Shown piece by piece: positions 52,066-61,093 of a DNA stretch of 64,000 nucleotides (positions are counted from its first letter, which is position 1; each line of letters opens with the position of its first letter). The notes under the pieces were generated by a model, which searched no databases, was not told where the DNA came from, and saw only the letters and a program-made list of their open reading frames with translations. The stretch spans positions 22,955-86,954 of the forward strand of contig NZ_DATAJR010000006.1 in NCBI RefSeq assembly GCF_036262015.1, written 5' to 3'. Source of the DNA: Hyphomicrobium sp. Its GTDB lineage: Bacteria; Pseudomonadota; Alphaproteobacteria; Rhizobiales; Hyphomicrobiaceae. The translations under genes and the position numbers were made by a program.

Positions 52066-52413
52066 ATGGTCCAGTCGAACCCCTCCTATCAGAGCACCTC
52101 GGGCACCCGCCCAGGCGAAAGCCCCGACGCCGTCCACCAGCTTAAACGCAAGGCCGAAGAGGCGTTGGATGCGGCGGCCACCGAAGGCGGTCGGGCGTTG
52201 CGCAGCGCGGGCGAACAGGCCGAGTCGGCAATCGAGGCTACGCGGCGCTTCGTGCAGTCCCAGCCGCTTCTGGCAATCGGGGCGGTAGCTGCATTCGCGT
52301 GTGCCGTTGGCGTGCTTTGGAAACTTGCTCCTGCGCGTCGCAACACCGATCTGGTGGATAGGCTCGCGGACTATGTGGAGCCCGGCTACCGCGCCCTCCG
52401 CCGTCGTCTCTAG
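52066..52413 (+). CDS. ElaB/YqjD/DUF883-like tail-anchored small protein
   Basis: AAGGAG RBS; helical Ala-rich body ending FVQSQPLLAIGAVAAFACAVGVLW TM. Confidence 0.7.
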   Translation: MVQSNPSYQSTSGTRPGESPDAVHQLKRKAEEALDAAATEGGRALRSAGEQAESAIEATRRFVQSQPLLAIGAVAAFACAVGVLWKLAPARRNTDLVDRLADYVEPGYRALRRRL

Positions 52414-52436
52414 TCTCGCCACGTTGCCACGCTGGG

Positions 52437-52473
52437 AATCCCGTCCGCCGACACTGCGGGCGGGATTTCTGTT
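52437..52473 (+). terminator. Intrinsic terminator after 52066-52413
   Basis: AATCCCGTCCGC-N7-GCGGGCGGGATT followed by TCTGTT. Confidence 0.6.
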
Positions 52474-52491
52474 GGCGGTATAGCGAGGCTG

Positions 52492-52516
52492 GGAACTAGC
52501 CGGGTATCCGGGCGTT
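52492..52516 (+). promoter_or_regulatory. Sigma-EcfG promoter
   Basis: GGAAC-N16-CGTT ending 31 nt upstream of ATG 52548. Confidence 0.7.
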
Positions 52517-52547
52517 ACCTCTTTGCTTTCGTTCGGGAGGAGTCCGA

Positions 52548-52760
52548 ATGGACATTAAGAAAAGGGCGTCTCAGGCCGAGCTTCAGAGAGAGCTTGATGA
52601 AGCGTTGAAAGCCACGTTTCCCGCGAGCGATCCCGTCGCAATCGGCGATGAAACATCGGACACGCCAGATCGCCCGGCAGACCGAAGGCCGGCCCGGATC
52701 GACAAAGCTCTGGTCGACAGGCTCGCGCAGGAAGTGGCAAGGCGGCGGGGCACAGCTTAG
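52548..52760 (+). CDS. Small hypothetical protein with LDEALxxTFPASDP motif
   Basis: GGGAGGAG RBS; ELDEALKATFPASDPVA is a motif I recognise from short proteobacterial hypothetical proteins. Confidence 0.75.
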   Translation: MDIKKRASQAELQRELDEALKATFPASDPVAIGDETSDTPDRPADRRPARIDKALVDRLAQEVARRRGTA

Positions 52761-52973
52761 CAACCCGCATACACAATCGATTGAGAGTGTCCAAAAACAA
52801 TGGCGGCGGCCTATCGAGAGCATGCTCTCGCCAGGCCACCGCGACGTGCGCCAAGGTACGCGGGACCTAAATCCCTGGCGCTTGGGTATGATTAAACCCC
52901 GAAATCGTTTCAACTCTGCAAACGTCGTTCGATTTTTGCCGTCTCCTGGAACCAAAGTACATTTCGTCGCAGG

Positions 52974-53867
52974 TCAGCGTGCATCGTGCTGCTCGGCGGG
53001 TCGAGGGAGAGCAAGCAGCCGCCCAACCAATGGAACCGTGATGGCGTGAGGCAGGAGCTTCACGCCAAGGGCGCCCACGCTGGGAAGTACCCCCGGGATG
53101 ATAACGGTCCGGCCGACCTGAAATCCCCGGTACGCGCTCCGCGCAACGGCATCCGCGGTGAGCGACGGTATAATCGTGCGGTAGAGCGCTGCCTCGGCCC
53201 CCATCGCACCATGGAAGCTCGTTTCGACCGGGCCGGGTGCGACGATGGCAATCCTCACACCACGCCCCCGCACTTCGTGCGCGACGGCTTCCGTGAGCGA
53301 TATGAGATACGCTTTGGTCGCGTAGTAAGCGGCTTGATGGGGACCAGGCACGAGTCCGCCCAACGATCCGACATTGAGAATTCCGCCGCGTCCGCGCGCA
53401 AGCATCGGCGCCAGAGCATGACGCATGAGTCGCGTCGCGGCGGTGATGTTGATCGCGATCAGACGCTCGAGGTCCTCCTGCGAATGATCGGCGAACAATC
53501 CGGCGAGGCCGATGCCGGCGTTGTTCACGAGGACATCAGCATAGACTCCGGCTTCGCGAAGCGCCGCGTCCAGACGATGCGGCGCGTCCTGGTCGGTAAC
53601 GTCGAGCGCAACGGAGTGAACCGAAACGCCCGTGTCGCGTGCGATGTCGCGCGCGGCGACGTCGAGCGCTTCGCGCACGCGAGCGATCAAAACGATGTCG
53701 CGTCCTGCGCGGGCAAAGCGGTGAGCGAGCGCGCGGCCAATACCACGGGATGCACCCGTCACCACCACTGCGGGAGCGAGGGCCTGGACCTGCACCCAGG
53801 CGGCCGGGTTCGGCTTCGCGTAGCGACCGATCCAAAGATCCGCAACGGACGTGAGAATTCGCGACAT
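52974..53867 (-). CDS. Classical short-chain dehydrogenase/reductase
   Basis: TGASRGIG, NNAG, YYATK (YxxxK), PGPVET. Confidence 0.92.
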   Translation of the reverse strand: MSRILTSVADLWIGRYAKPNPAAWVQVQALAPAVVVTGASRGIGRALAHRFARAGRDIVLIARVREALDVAARDIARDTGVSVHSVALDVTDQDAPHRLDAALREAGVYADVLVNNAGIGLAGLFADHSQEDLERLIAINITAATRLMRHALAPMLARGRGGILNVGSLGGLVPGPHQAAYYATKAYLISLTEAVAHEVRGRGVRIAIVAPGPVETSFHGAMGAEAALYRTIIPSLTADAVARSAYRGFQVGRTVIIPGVLPSVGALGVKLLPHAITVPLVGRLLALPRPAEQHDAR

Positions 53868-54022
53868 GCACGCACTCCGAGCTGAGATGCAAAGTGCAAA
53901 TTAATATGATGAGAGATTTTCAACATTCTGAGTGTGAAAATCGAGCAGACAAATCATTGATGAAGCGGACAAAGTTTATGACGCAGCCCAAAATTGCAGC
54001 CACCGGACGGGTTTTGGAGGCC

Positions 54023-54036
54023 TTGATCATGCGCAA
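54023..54036. promoter_or_regulatory. Possible FixK/Fnr-type box
   Basis: TTGA-TCATGC-GCAA fits TTG(A/C)-N6-(T/G)CAA in the SDR/phasin divergent region. Confidence 0.35.
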
Positions 54037-54327
54037 AGATGGGTCTCATATGCGCCGGTATCTTGTGGATAACCGCGAAAGAACTTGAGCCCCGTTGCAT
54101 GGGCAGCGCGACAGTAGGGCTCTCAAGGATCGAAGGGCGGACGTCATGCATCTACCTCATGACGCCGACTGCGGAGAGGCCCGTCACAGCGAGACTACGG
54201 CGCGCCGTCAATAACCGCTGCAACTATAGGAGCCGGGTGCGCATTTGATAGCCATGCCGGCCGCAACTTCGGTTTTTGAAGGTTCCGATCGTTCGCTGCG
54301 GTCGAACCACTGGTGGAGGAGCGTACT

Positions 54328-54726
54328 ATGAATGCAAATGCGTCAAGATCGCTAGCAGACCAGGGCTTGGACAAGACTCCCGGCCTGGCCCCGCTCGAAG
54401 CGTGGCTCAGTCTCAATCGTCCAGTGTTTGCCGCCATGACGGAACTCAACGGCCGTTTCCTCGAACAGATGTCAAAGGCCAACAACGAATGGTTGGGGTT
54501 CGTCAATCGTCGTCTCAACGAGGACATGGCCGCCTCGCAGCGCTTCATGGAATGCAAGACGGTGCAGGACCTGTTTACCGCCTATTCGGAGTTCATCCAG
54601 CGTGCTCAGCAGCAGTACCAGGCTGAGTTCCAATACTTCGCGCGACTGAATCAGAAGCTCGCCGATGAGACGGCAAACGTGATGAAGTCCCGCATGGACG
54701 AAGTTGAAGCGGACATTCGTCACTGA
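54328..54726 (+). CDS. Phasin-family (PHA granule-associated) protein
   Basis: GGAGGA RBS; all-helical EWLGFVNRRLNED...MECKTVQDLFTAYSEF...QY pattern. Confidence 0.72.
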   Translation: MNANASRSLADQGLDKTPGLAPLEAWLSLNRPVFAAMTELNGRFLEQMSKANNEWLGFVNRRLNEDMAASQRFMECKTVQDLFTAYSEFIQRAQQQYQAEFQYFARLNQKLADETANVMKSRMDEVEADIRH

Positions 54727-54763
54727 CGTTCGAGAATGCCGACAGCCTTTACGCCCGGCGCGC

Positions 54764-55987
54764 TTATGCGCGGCCGGGATGAGGCTGTTTCTCCGATCCG
54801 ACAACGACGCGCCTCGCCAAGGGCGATAGCAGCACGAGGACGGCGGCAAGCGCGAGTCCGCACAGAAGCGCAATTGAGAGGGTATCTGCGCCGGATCCGA
54901 GAAAGCGCACAACGATCGACACCAGTAGATCATACTTCACGACGGCAATGGTACTGACCGCCACACCGGCGAGCTTCGCTGCCAGCTCGAGATCCTGGTC
55001 ATGCTGGCGGAAGGAGAACAGGAGCAGCAGCATCGCCCACGCGCCGAACAGAAAACTCATCAGCGTGACGATGGATCTGAACCCGCCTTTTTGCTGCACC
55101 CCGAACAGCGCATCCGCCGACTGCACATACCCCTGACTCATGAGCGGGAAGAAGATCATGGCGACAGCTCCGACGATCACGCTCAGCTCGATCCGGCTGA
55201 TTTGGTCGGGGTAATGCCGCTTCACGCCCGAATGCCTCAGCGTCAGCAGAACGCTGATGGCGAGCAGAATGAAGAGGAAGAACACCTTCGACGGCAGCAG
55301 GAGCTTGTGGATGCGTCCTGTGATCGATTGCTGCGTCGGATCCACGTAGAGCCGGTCGATGGCCGATTGATAGCGCCGCTGCGCCTGGCAGCATTCGGCG
55401 TCCGTGCTGAGACGGGGAGTATCAGTCAACGGCGTTGATGCGAAACAGAAGCGCTTGGTCTCCTCGGCGGTGTCGGCTTCGATCAGCGGCTCGGCCTGGC
55501 ACGAGCGAAAGAACTCGCGGACGCCAAGTCGGCGCTGGCTGACATGCGTGAGGTTCGTGACGCCGTCCAGCAACGCGATACGCTCGCAGGGCTTTCCGGC
55601 ATCGCTGCATCCGGCGGGTTCGCTCTTGTCCGTGACAAGCGTGGCAGGCTTGATGTCCCAGACCGACCGGTGCGGGTTCGCCGAAAGGCCGAACGCGATT
55701 TGCGTCGCCACAGCGCCGAGCACGACAAGCCCGATGAGAAATCTCAGTCGCCCGAACGAGACATGGCGCCAATACATGTCGACGAACGCGCACGAGGGCA
55801 CATAGAACGCGGCCAGCGCGACGAGCCCAAGCGTCGGAAAGAAGAGAAACAGGTGGCTGTCAAAAGCGGCAAAGGTCAGCGCCTTCTCGGGACCGAATTC
55901 CCAAAACAAGACGCCTGGAACGGCCAGGAACGAAAGCCCGAGCACGAAGTAGACGATGAACACAAACGCACGCGCACCGAATGACAT
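54764..55987 (-). CDS. Hypothetical multi-pass membrane protein with Cys-rich extracytoplasmic loop
   Basis: Three N-terminal and about five C-terminal hydrophobic segments; six Cys in the intervening loop. Confidence 0.8.
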   Translation of the reverse strand: MSFGARAFVFIVYFVLGLSFLAVPGVLFWEFGPEKALTFAAFDSHLFLFFPTLGLVALAAFYVPSCAFVDMYWRHVSFGRLRFLIGLVVLGAVATQIAFGLSANPHRSVWDIKPATLVTDKSEPAGCSDAGKPCERIALLDGVTNLTHVSQRRLGVREFFRSCQAEPLIEADTAEETKRFCFASTPLTDTPRLSTDAECCQAQRRYQSAIDRLYVDPTQQSITGRIHKLLLPSKVFFLFILLAISVLLTLRHSGVKRHYPDQISRIELSVIVGAVAMIFFPLMSQGYVQSADALFGVQQKGGFRSIVTLMSFLFGAWAMLLLLFSFRQHDQDLELAAKLAGVAVSTIAVVKYDLLVSIVVRFLGSGADTLSIALLCGLALAAVLVLLSPLARRVVVGSEKQPHPGRA

Positions 55988-56214
55988 GAGCGGGTCCTGC
56001 CGAATGGGGAAGTTTGGCCGCCAGTATGCTGATCGGCACGCTTTCGCCTAGGGTTTCCCGGCCACGCCCGAGGCCCAATGCCGCGCTGCGCCGAACGCTC
56101 GGGGAGATGTCCCGCCGCGGGCGGCAAAAGTGTGGCAAGGTCCGGCCCGGGCGGGAGTAGACAAGCCTACCCGCCTTGAAGAAGATGCGTCCTCGACACC
56201 AGCCACACGAGGGG

Positions 56215-57279
56215 ATGAGCCTGCTAGACCAGCGACAAGAGCCGGGGCCGGAGGGTCCTCCGATCCGCGTGCTTCTCATTTCGGACGGCCGGCCCGGTCA
56301 CTTCCGGCAGAGCGAAGGCGTAGTGGCCGCCATTGAAAGGCGTCGCCCGGTCGCTCTCGACCGGCTGCAGCTCGTGCCGCGCGTCCCCCTGGCCAAGGGT
56401 CTCGTGACGAGGTTGGGACGGGTGCTTCCTCCACCGCGGTACCTGAGCTGGCTCTATGGGCTCGATGCCAATCAGCTCGAAAAGCCCGACATGATCGTTT
56501 CCACGGCCGGCACCACGATTGGTGCCAACGTCTCGCTGGCCCGGATCTGGGGCGTGCCGAACGTATTTTGCGGATCGACGCGCGGCTATCCGCTCAAGCG
56601 GTTCCACCTCGTGCTCACGCCGTATGCCTCGGTAGCCCAGCCCCCGAAAATCGTGGCGGCACCGAAGCCCGGGCCATTCAATCCCGAAGGTATCCCGCCG
56701 CCTCGCCCATTGCGCAGTCTGGAGGACTTTCGCGACGCCCGCATCAGTCTGCTGATCGGCGGCCCGACCCCGTACTCCCACTTTGCGAGCCAGGATTGGT
56801 CGCGCCTCGCAGACCTCGTCGAGACGTTGGTGTCTGAACGAGGCTGCTTCGTAACGATCGTCACATCGCGTCGCACGCCCGATGAGGCATACGAAAAGCT
56901 GATGCCGCTCGTGAAGCGGCCCGGCGGCGGTGTGTCCGTGATCGATTATCGGATCAAGGGAGCTGGCTCCATCGAAGCCTCCTTCGATTGCGACCTGATC
57001 CTGGTCACCAGCGATTCCATGTCGATGATGACCGAGGCCGCCCTCTCGCGGCGCCCGGCTATTGCCCTCGCCCCTCGAAAAGTCGGGCCCCATCGCGATG
57101 ACGAAGCGGTTGCGGGCTTTGTCGCCGCGAAACGGCTGCGCGTACTCCCGCTGGCGAGCACCGATGCGGCCGCATTGGCTGCCGCGACGCTTGCGCTCGA
57201 GCCGTCAACTGAGAACTATCTCGATCCGCTCGCGGACATCGTGCTGACGGCGACCGGGTTGCGTGCACCGGCCGTGTAG
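56215..57279 (+). CDS. ELM1/GtrOC1 (DUF1022) glycosyltransferase-like protein
   Basis: LISDGRPGHFRQSEGV, LLIGG, VTSRRTP, LVTSDSMSMMTEA; GAGGGG RBS. Confidence 0.85.
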   Translation: MSLLDQRQEPGPEGPPIRVLLISDGRPGHFRQSEGVVAAIERRRPVALDRLQLVPRVPLAKGLVTRLGRVLPPPRYLSWLYGLDANQLEKPDMIVSTAGTTIGANVSLARIWGVPNVFCGSTRGYPLKRFHLVLTPYASVAQPPKIVAAPKPGPFNPEGIPPPRPLRSLEDFRDARISLLIGGPTPYSHFASQDWSRLADLVETLVSERGCFVTIVTSRRTPDEAYEKLMPLVKRPGGGVSVIDYRIKGAGSIEASFDCDLILVTSDSMSMMTEAALSRRPAIALAPRKVGPHRDDEAVAGFVAAKRLRVLPLASTDAAALAAATLALEPSTENYLDPLADIVLTATGLRAPAV

Positions 57280-57315
57280 TAGATTGAAATATCAGGGATT
57301 ATGCCCATATCGGAG

Positions 57316-57405
57316 TGGCGGAGAGAGTGGGATTCGAACCCACGAGACGGTTGCCCGCCTACACGCGTTCCAGGCGTGCGCCTTCAACCACTCGGCCATC
57401 TCTCC
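57316..57405 (-). tRNA. tRNA-Ser (GGA)
   Basis: 90 nt with long variable arm; anticodon stem CACGC/GCGTG around CT-GGA-AC; GGTTCGAATCC T-arm; encoded CCA. Confidence 0.97.
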
Positions 57406-57486
57406 TGAAGCCCACCGCGATCGCCTCCAAACCAAACGGTCCGGAGCGCAAATCATCGGTCGTCGAATTCCGATGTGGAGCGGCGC

Positions 57487-57514
57487 ACTATACTCATAAC
57501 CGCCTTGGAGGCAA
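57487..57514 (-). promoter_or_regulatory. Possible sigma70 promoter of tRNA-Ser
   Basis: Minus strand TTGCCT-N16-TATAGT. Confidence 0.4.
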
Positions 57515-57624
57515 CACGCGAACGGGCCCGATCCGGTCTTCTTTTTCCGTTACCTATGTTAGAGCTTGGGAGCGGCGCCTAGCGTGAATCGCAAGCCCTT
57601 TCGCCAACCCCGGTGAACCTTCAA

Positions 57625-57948
57625 ATGCCCGTTTTTCGCTTCCTGTCCGCTCTGTTTCTTCTGATCGCGACCGTGGCACTCGTGATCGACGCCACCCCCG
57701 CGATCTACGGGGCTGGCGCCTTCAAGGCGACGTCGCTGGCGGCCCACTGGCTGGATCTGGGCCCGAGCTCATTCGGCGCGGCCAAAAAAGCGATATCCGG
57801 GGCCGCACCTTGGCTCTGGAACGGACTTGTCGAGCCGTTGCTCGAGGTGCCGACGTTCGTCACTTTCGGCGTTTTGGCGCTGATGAGCGGCTACGCCGGT
57901 CGCAGGCGCAGGAGCGTGACGATCTTCGTCAACGAGCGCGCCAACTAG
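57625..57948 (+). CDS. Small two-TM hypothetical membrane protein
   Basis: FRFLSALFLLIATVALVID...PWLWNGLVEPLLEVPTF pattern; stop codon lies inside the repeat element. Confidence 0.75.
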   Translation: MPVFRFLSALFLLIATVALVIDATPAIYGAGAFKATSLAAHWLDLGPSSFGAAKKAISGAAPWLWNGLVEPLLEVPTFVTFGVLALMSGYAGRRRRSVTIFVNERAN

Positions 57949-58049
57949 AGTGCTTCCGGAAAAGTGGGAACCGGTTTTCCGATAAGGAGCACGACAAAAC
58001 AAAGAACGAGGATCGGTCCTCGGTTCAACGAACGCCTGAACGACCCTAG
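57945..58049. mobile_element. 105-bp palindromic mini-element, copy 2
   Basis: Same length and CTAG ends as 24183-24287; first 62 nt differ at one base. Confidence 0.8.
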
Positions 58050-58060
58050 GCCCGGCAAAT

Positions 58061-58921
58061 CTACTGCTTCGTGGCGGGCGTCGTAGGTTTGGTCTTCGCG
58101 GTCGGCGCAATCTTGCTGACGACCGGGAACGCCGTGGAGGCGGTCTGCCCGATCGGGGTTTCGCTTGCGAAGTCGTCGACGATGCCGATGGCGATCAGGA
58201 CCACGAGTGCACCAACCAGGCCCATCACGACGTTGTGGTGCGATTTGTTCAGCTCGGTGATCTGCGCCTCGTCGACCGCATCGACCTCGTTCACGCGGCT
58301 GCCCTTGATACCGAAGAACTTCCGGCGGAACGACCGGCGGACGTTGCCGCGGTCGATGAGCGGGAGCCGCGCGCGATCTGCGATCTTCTTCGCGATTTCA
58401 GGATAGGGGAAGCACGGGTCGACATTGGCTTCGCTCACGTAGCCGATCGGGATCGACTTCTCGTCCTTCGTGATGATCCGGGCACCTTTGAGCAGCACCG
58501 GCACGAGCGAGCCGCCATAGATCTCGCGACGGGTCTCGACCGTTTGGATCTGGTCGTATGGGATGTCATAGCTCTTGTAGAACAGCATCGGCGTCGGACC
58601 GCGACCCGACGGCAGCGTCATTTTCACGGACGTCTCGCCCAGCTCCACACGCGCGAGCAATGAGAACAAGAGTTCCACGACGATAAGAAACATCAGGATC
58701 GTGAAGGCCGTCGCCATGATGCCGAGGCCGATAGCGTCGAAGAGCAAGCCGCTCTTCACCCGCATGTAGATCATGGCGGGCAGGCTGGCGAAGAAGGGGA
58801 GGAGCAGAAGGAAGACGAACGAGAAGAACGTCTTGCGCCCTCCTCCGACGGCATACACGTCCCGCTCATGCTTGACCTCGGGAAGCGCATGTTCCCCGCT
58901 GCTCACCGCCGCGTCCGTCAT
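58061..58921 (-). CDS. Hypothetical membrane protein
   Basis: GGGGGAG RBS; two N-terminal TMs, beta-rich soluble domain, one C-terminal TM, Thr/Pro tail. Confidence 0.8.
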   Translation of the reverse strand: MTDAAVSSGEHALPEVKHERDVYAVGGGRKTFFSFVFLLLLPFFASLPAMIYMRVKSGLLFDAIGLGIMATAFTILMFLIVVELLFSLLARVELGETSVKMTLPSGRGPTPMLFYKSYDIPYDQIQTVETRREIYGGSLVPVLLKGARIITKDEKSIPIGYVSEANVDPCFPYPEIAKKIADRARLPLIDRGNVRRSFRRKFFGIKGSRVNEVDAVDEAQITELNKSHHNVVMGLVGALVVLIAIGIVDDFASETPIGQTASTAFPVVSKIAPTAKTKPTTPATKQ

Positions 58922-59047
58922 TGCCCTGAACTCCCCCAAACCCGTCTTTGGTTGGCCAGCATTCTAGAGGCCCTGCCGCGCCGAGTCACGGGGCCGCAGG
59001 GTAAATGAGGGCTTCCCGATCCGGGTGTGACCCGAAGGCGGCTACTC

Positions 59048-60880
59048 TCACCGCCCTTCACGGTGCTCGCGAAGTTCGGGGCTCGCTTCAGGCAGATCGA
59101 GATCCGAAGGTTGCTCGAAAGCCGCACCGTCTCCCGAACGCCGGGCCTGCCGAACAACGGCTTCGGCCTTGTCTGGCGGGTACCCGAGGCTCGTGAGTGA
59201 GTACCCCAAAAGCCCAAGGGCCACTTCCCGGGTCCCCATGATCGCAAGCCCTATGCCTTGCTGTTTGAGGTAGGCGAGTTCCGACGCGCGATGCGTCCGT
59301 ACGGCCGTGTCGATGGTCGGATTGGCAGCCCGCGCCAATTCCAAAATCTGCCGCTTCTGGTAACTCGGCGGGATGGCCAGGATCAGAAGTTTGGCATTCG
59401 CGATGCAGGCGGCATCCATGACGCCCGTAGCCGTGGCGTCGCCATAGACAGCCAGGATGCCCTTGCTGCGCAGCTCCTCCACGCGCCTGCGGTTCTCGTC
59501 GATCACGACGAAGGGGAGGCCCTGGGCCTGCAGGATGTCGCCAATGGCGCTGCCGACGCGCCCGTACCCCACGATGACGGCATGGTCCTTGAGCCCCGCG
59601 CACTTGGTCGTTTCGGGCAGGGTTTCAAAACCAGTGGGCCTTTCGAGCATGGAGAGCAGCTTCGGTCTCGCGCGAAACCATGCCGTCAAGGGGTCGACGC
59701 ACGCAAAGACGAGAGGGTTGAGCATGATCGACAGGATCGCGCCCGCAAGAATGAGATCGCGCCCTTCCGTCGGCAGCAAGCCGAGCGTGACCCCCAGTCC
59801 CACAAGGATGAACGAGAACTCGCCGATCTGCGCCAGGCTTGCTGACACCGTCAGCGCGGTATTGATCGGATACCCGCGCAAAAGCACGATGGCGAACGCA
59901 GCCAGCGACTTTCCGAACACGATCAGAAAAACGACGGCGAGCACCGCAAGCGGTTCTTTGACGAGAATGCTCGGATCGAACAGCATGCCGACCGAGACAA
60001 AGAAGAGAACTGCAAACGCGTCCTGCAGAGGCAGAGAATCGGCCGCCGCCTTGTGGCTGAAATCGGATTCGCTGAGCACGACGCCGGCAAAGAAGGCGCC
60101 GAGCGCGAACGACACACCAAACAGCTCAGCCGAGCCGTAAGCGATGCCGAGTGCGATCGCGAGTACGGCGAGCGTGAAAAGCTCGCGTGATCCCGTGCGC
60201 GCGACAAGCTGGAGAACCCACGGCACGGCGCGTGTCCCGACAATAAATACCAGGGCCGTGAAGAGTGCCACTTTCCCCAACGTGAGGAGGAGCGTCATCC
60301 CGACGCTCCCGCCGGAAAGGTGGCTGGCGACGCCGCGTCCGGCTGCTTCACCGCCCAGCACGCCCGCGAGCGCGGGCAGCAGGACGAGAGCGAGCACCAT
60401 CGCGAGATCCTCGACGATGAGCCAGCCGACGGCGATTTGACCGTTGAGCGTGTCGACCGCGTTGCGTTGCTCGAGCGCGCGCAGCAGCACGACTGTACTG
60501 GCGACGGAGAGAGCCAGACCGAACACGATACCCGCGCCGATACCCCACCCCCAGAAATGGGCGAGTGCCATCCCGCAACCCGTGGCAACCGCAATCTGAG
60601 CTATCGCGCCGGGCACCGCGATGCCGCGGACCGCGAGAAGGTCATTGATCGAAAAATGGAGGCCGACACCGAACATCAGCAACATGACGCCAATCTCGGC
60701 GAGCTGCCCGGCGATATGCGCGTCGCCGACGAGGCCGGGCGTAAAAGGGCCAAGCGCGACGCCCGCAAGCAGGTAGCCCACCAGAGGGGGCAGGCGCAGC
60801 TTGTTTGCGATCATGCCGCCGATGAAGGCGAGCACAAGACCCATGGAGATCGTGGCAATCAGCGAGACATCGTGTGGCAT
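59048..60880 (-). CDS. ybaL: YbaL-like CPA2 cation:proton antiporter with TrkA-N domain
   Basis: LPPLVGYLLAG, GVMLLMFGVGLHFS, GWLIVEDL, AQIGEFSF, IVGYGRVG; AGGAGG RBS. Confidence 0.92.
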   Translation of the reverse strand: MPHDVSLIATISMGLVLAFIGGMIANKLRLPPLVGYLLAGVALGPFTPGLVGDAHIAGQLAEIGVMLLMFGVGLHFSINDLLAVRGIAVPGAIAQIAVATGCGMALAHFWGWGIGAGIVFGLALSVASTVVLLRALEQRNAVDTLNGQIAVGWLIVEDLAMVLALVLLPALAGVLGGEAAGRGVASHLSGGSVGMTLLLTLGKVALFTALVFIVGTRAVPWVLQLVARTGSRELFTLAVLAIALGIAYGSAELFGVSFALGAFFAGVVLSESDFSHKAAADSLPLQDAFAVLFFVSVGMLFDPSILVKEPLAVLAVVFLIVFGKSLAAFAIVLLRGYPINTALTVSASLAQIGEFSFILVGLGVTLGLLPTEGRDLILAGAILSIMLNPLVFACVDPLTAWFRARPKLLSMLERPTGFETLPETTKCAGLKDHAVIVGYGRVGSAIGDILQAQGLPFVVIDENRRRVEELRSKGILAVYGDATATGVMDAACIANAKLLILAIPPSYQKRQILELARAANPTIDTAVRTHRASELAYLKQQGIGLAIMGTREVALGLLGYSLTSLGYPPDKAEAVVRQARRSGDGAAFEQPSDLDLPEASPELREHREGR

Positions 60881-61093
60881 GGTCCTCCTGGATCGGAACG
60901 GGGATTCAAAGGCGCTCGTAAAGTCACCGATGAATGCGATCACGGCATGTAAAAAAGCCAAACCTTACGGAAATTGTAAACCGAATAGGGTGGCGCCACC
61001 GGCGGGTAAGTGCGTGTGCGGCCTTGCCTAGAGCGCCTTCGTCAAGCGAGAGTGAGACCAATGCAAATACGTAGGGGTGGGGAGCATCCGGAC

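Noticed and set aside
52815-52830. Perfect 16-bp palindrome CGAGAGCATGCTCTCG
   Set aside because: Single copy between convergent genes with no promoter context or U-tail; no function can be supported.
51488-57315. Intact prophage or integrative element between the tRNAs
   Set aside because: No integrase, phage or conjugation genes and no att-type direct repeat of either tRNA 3' end.
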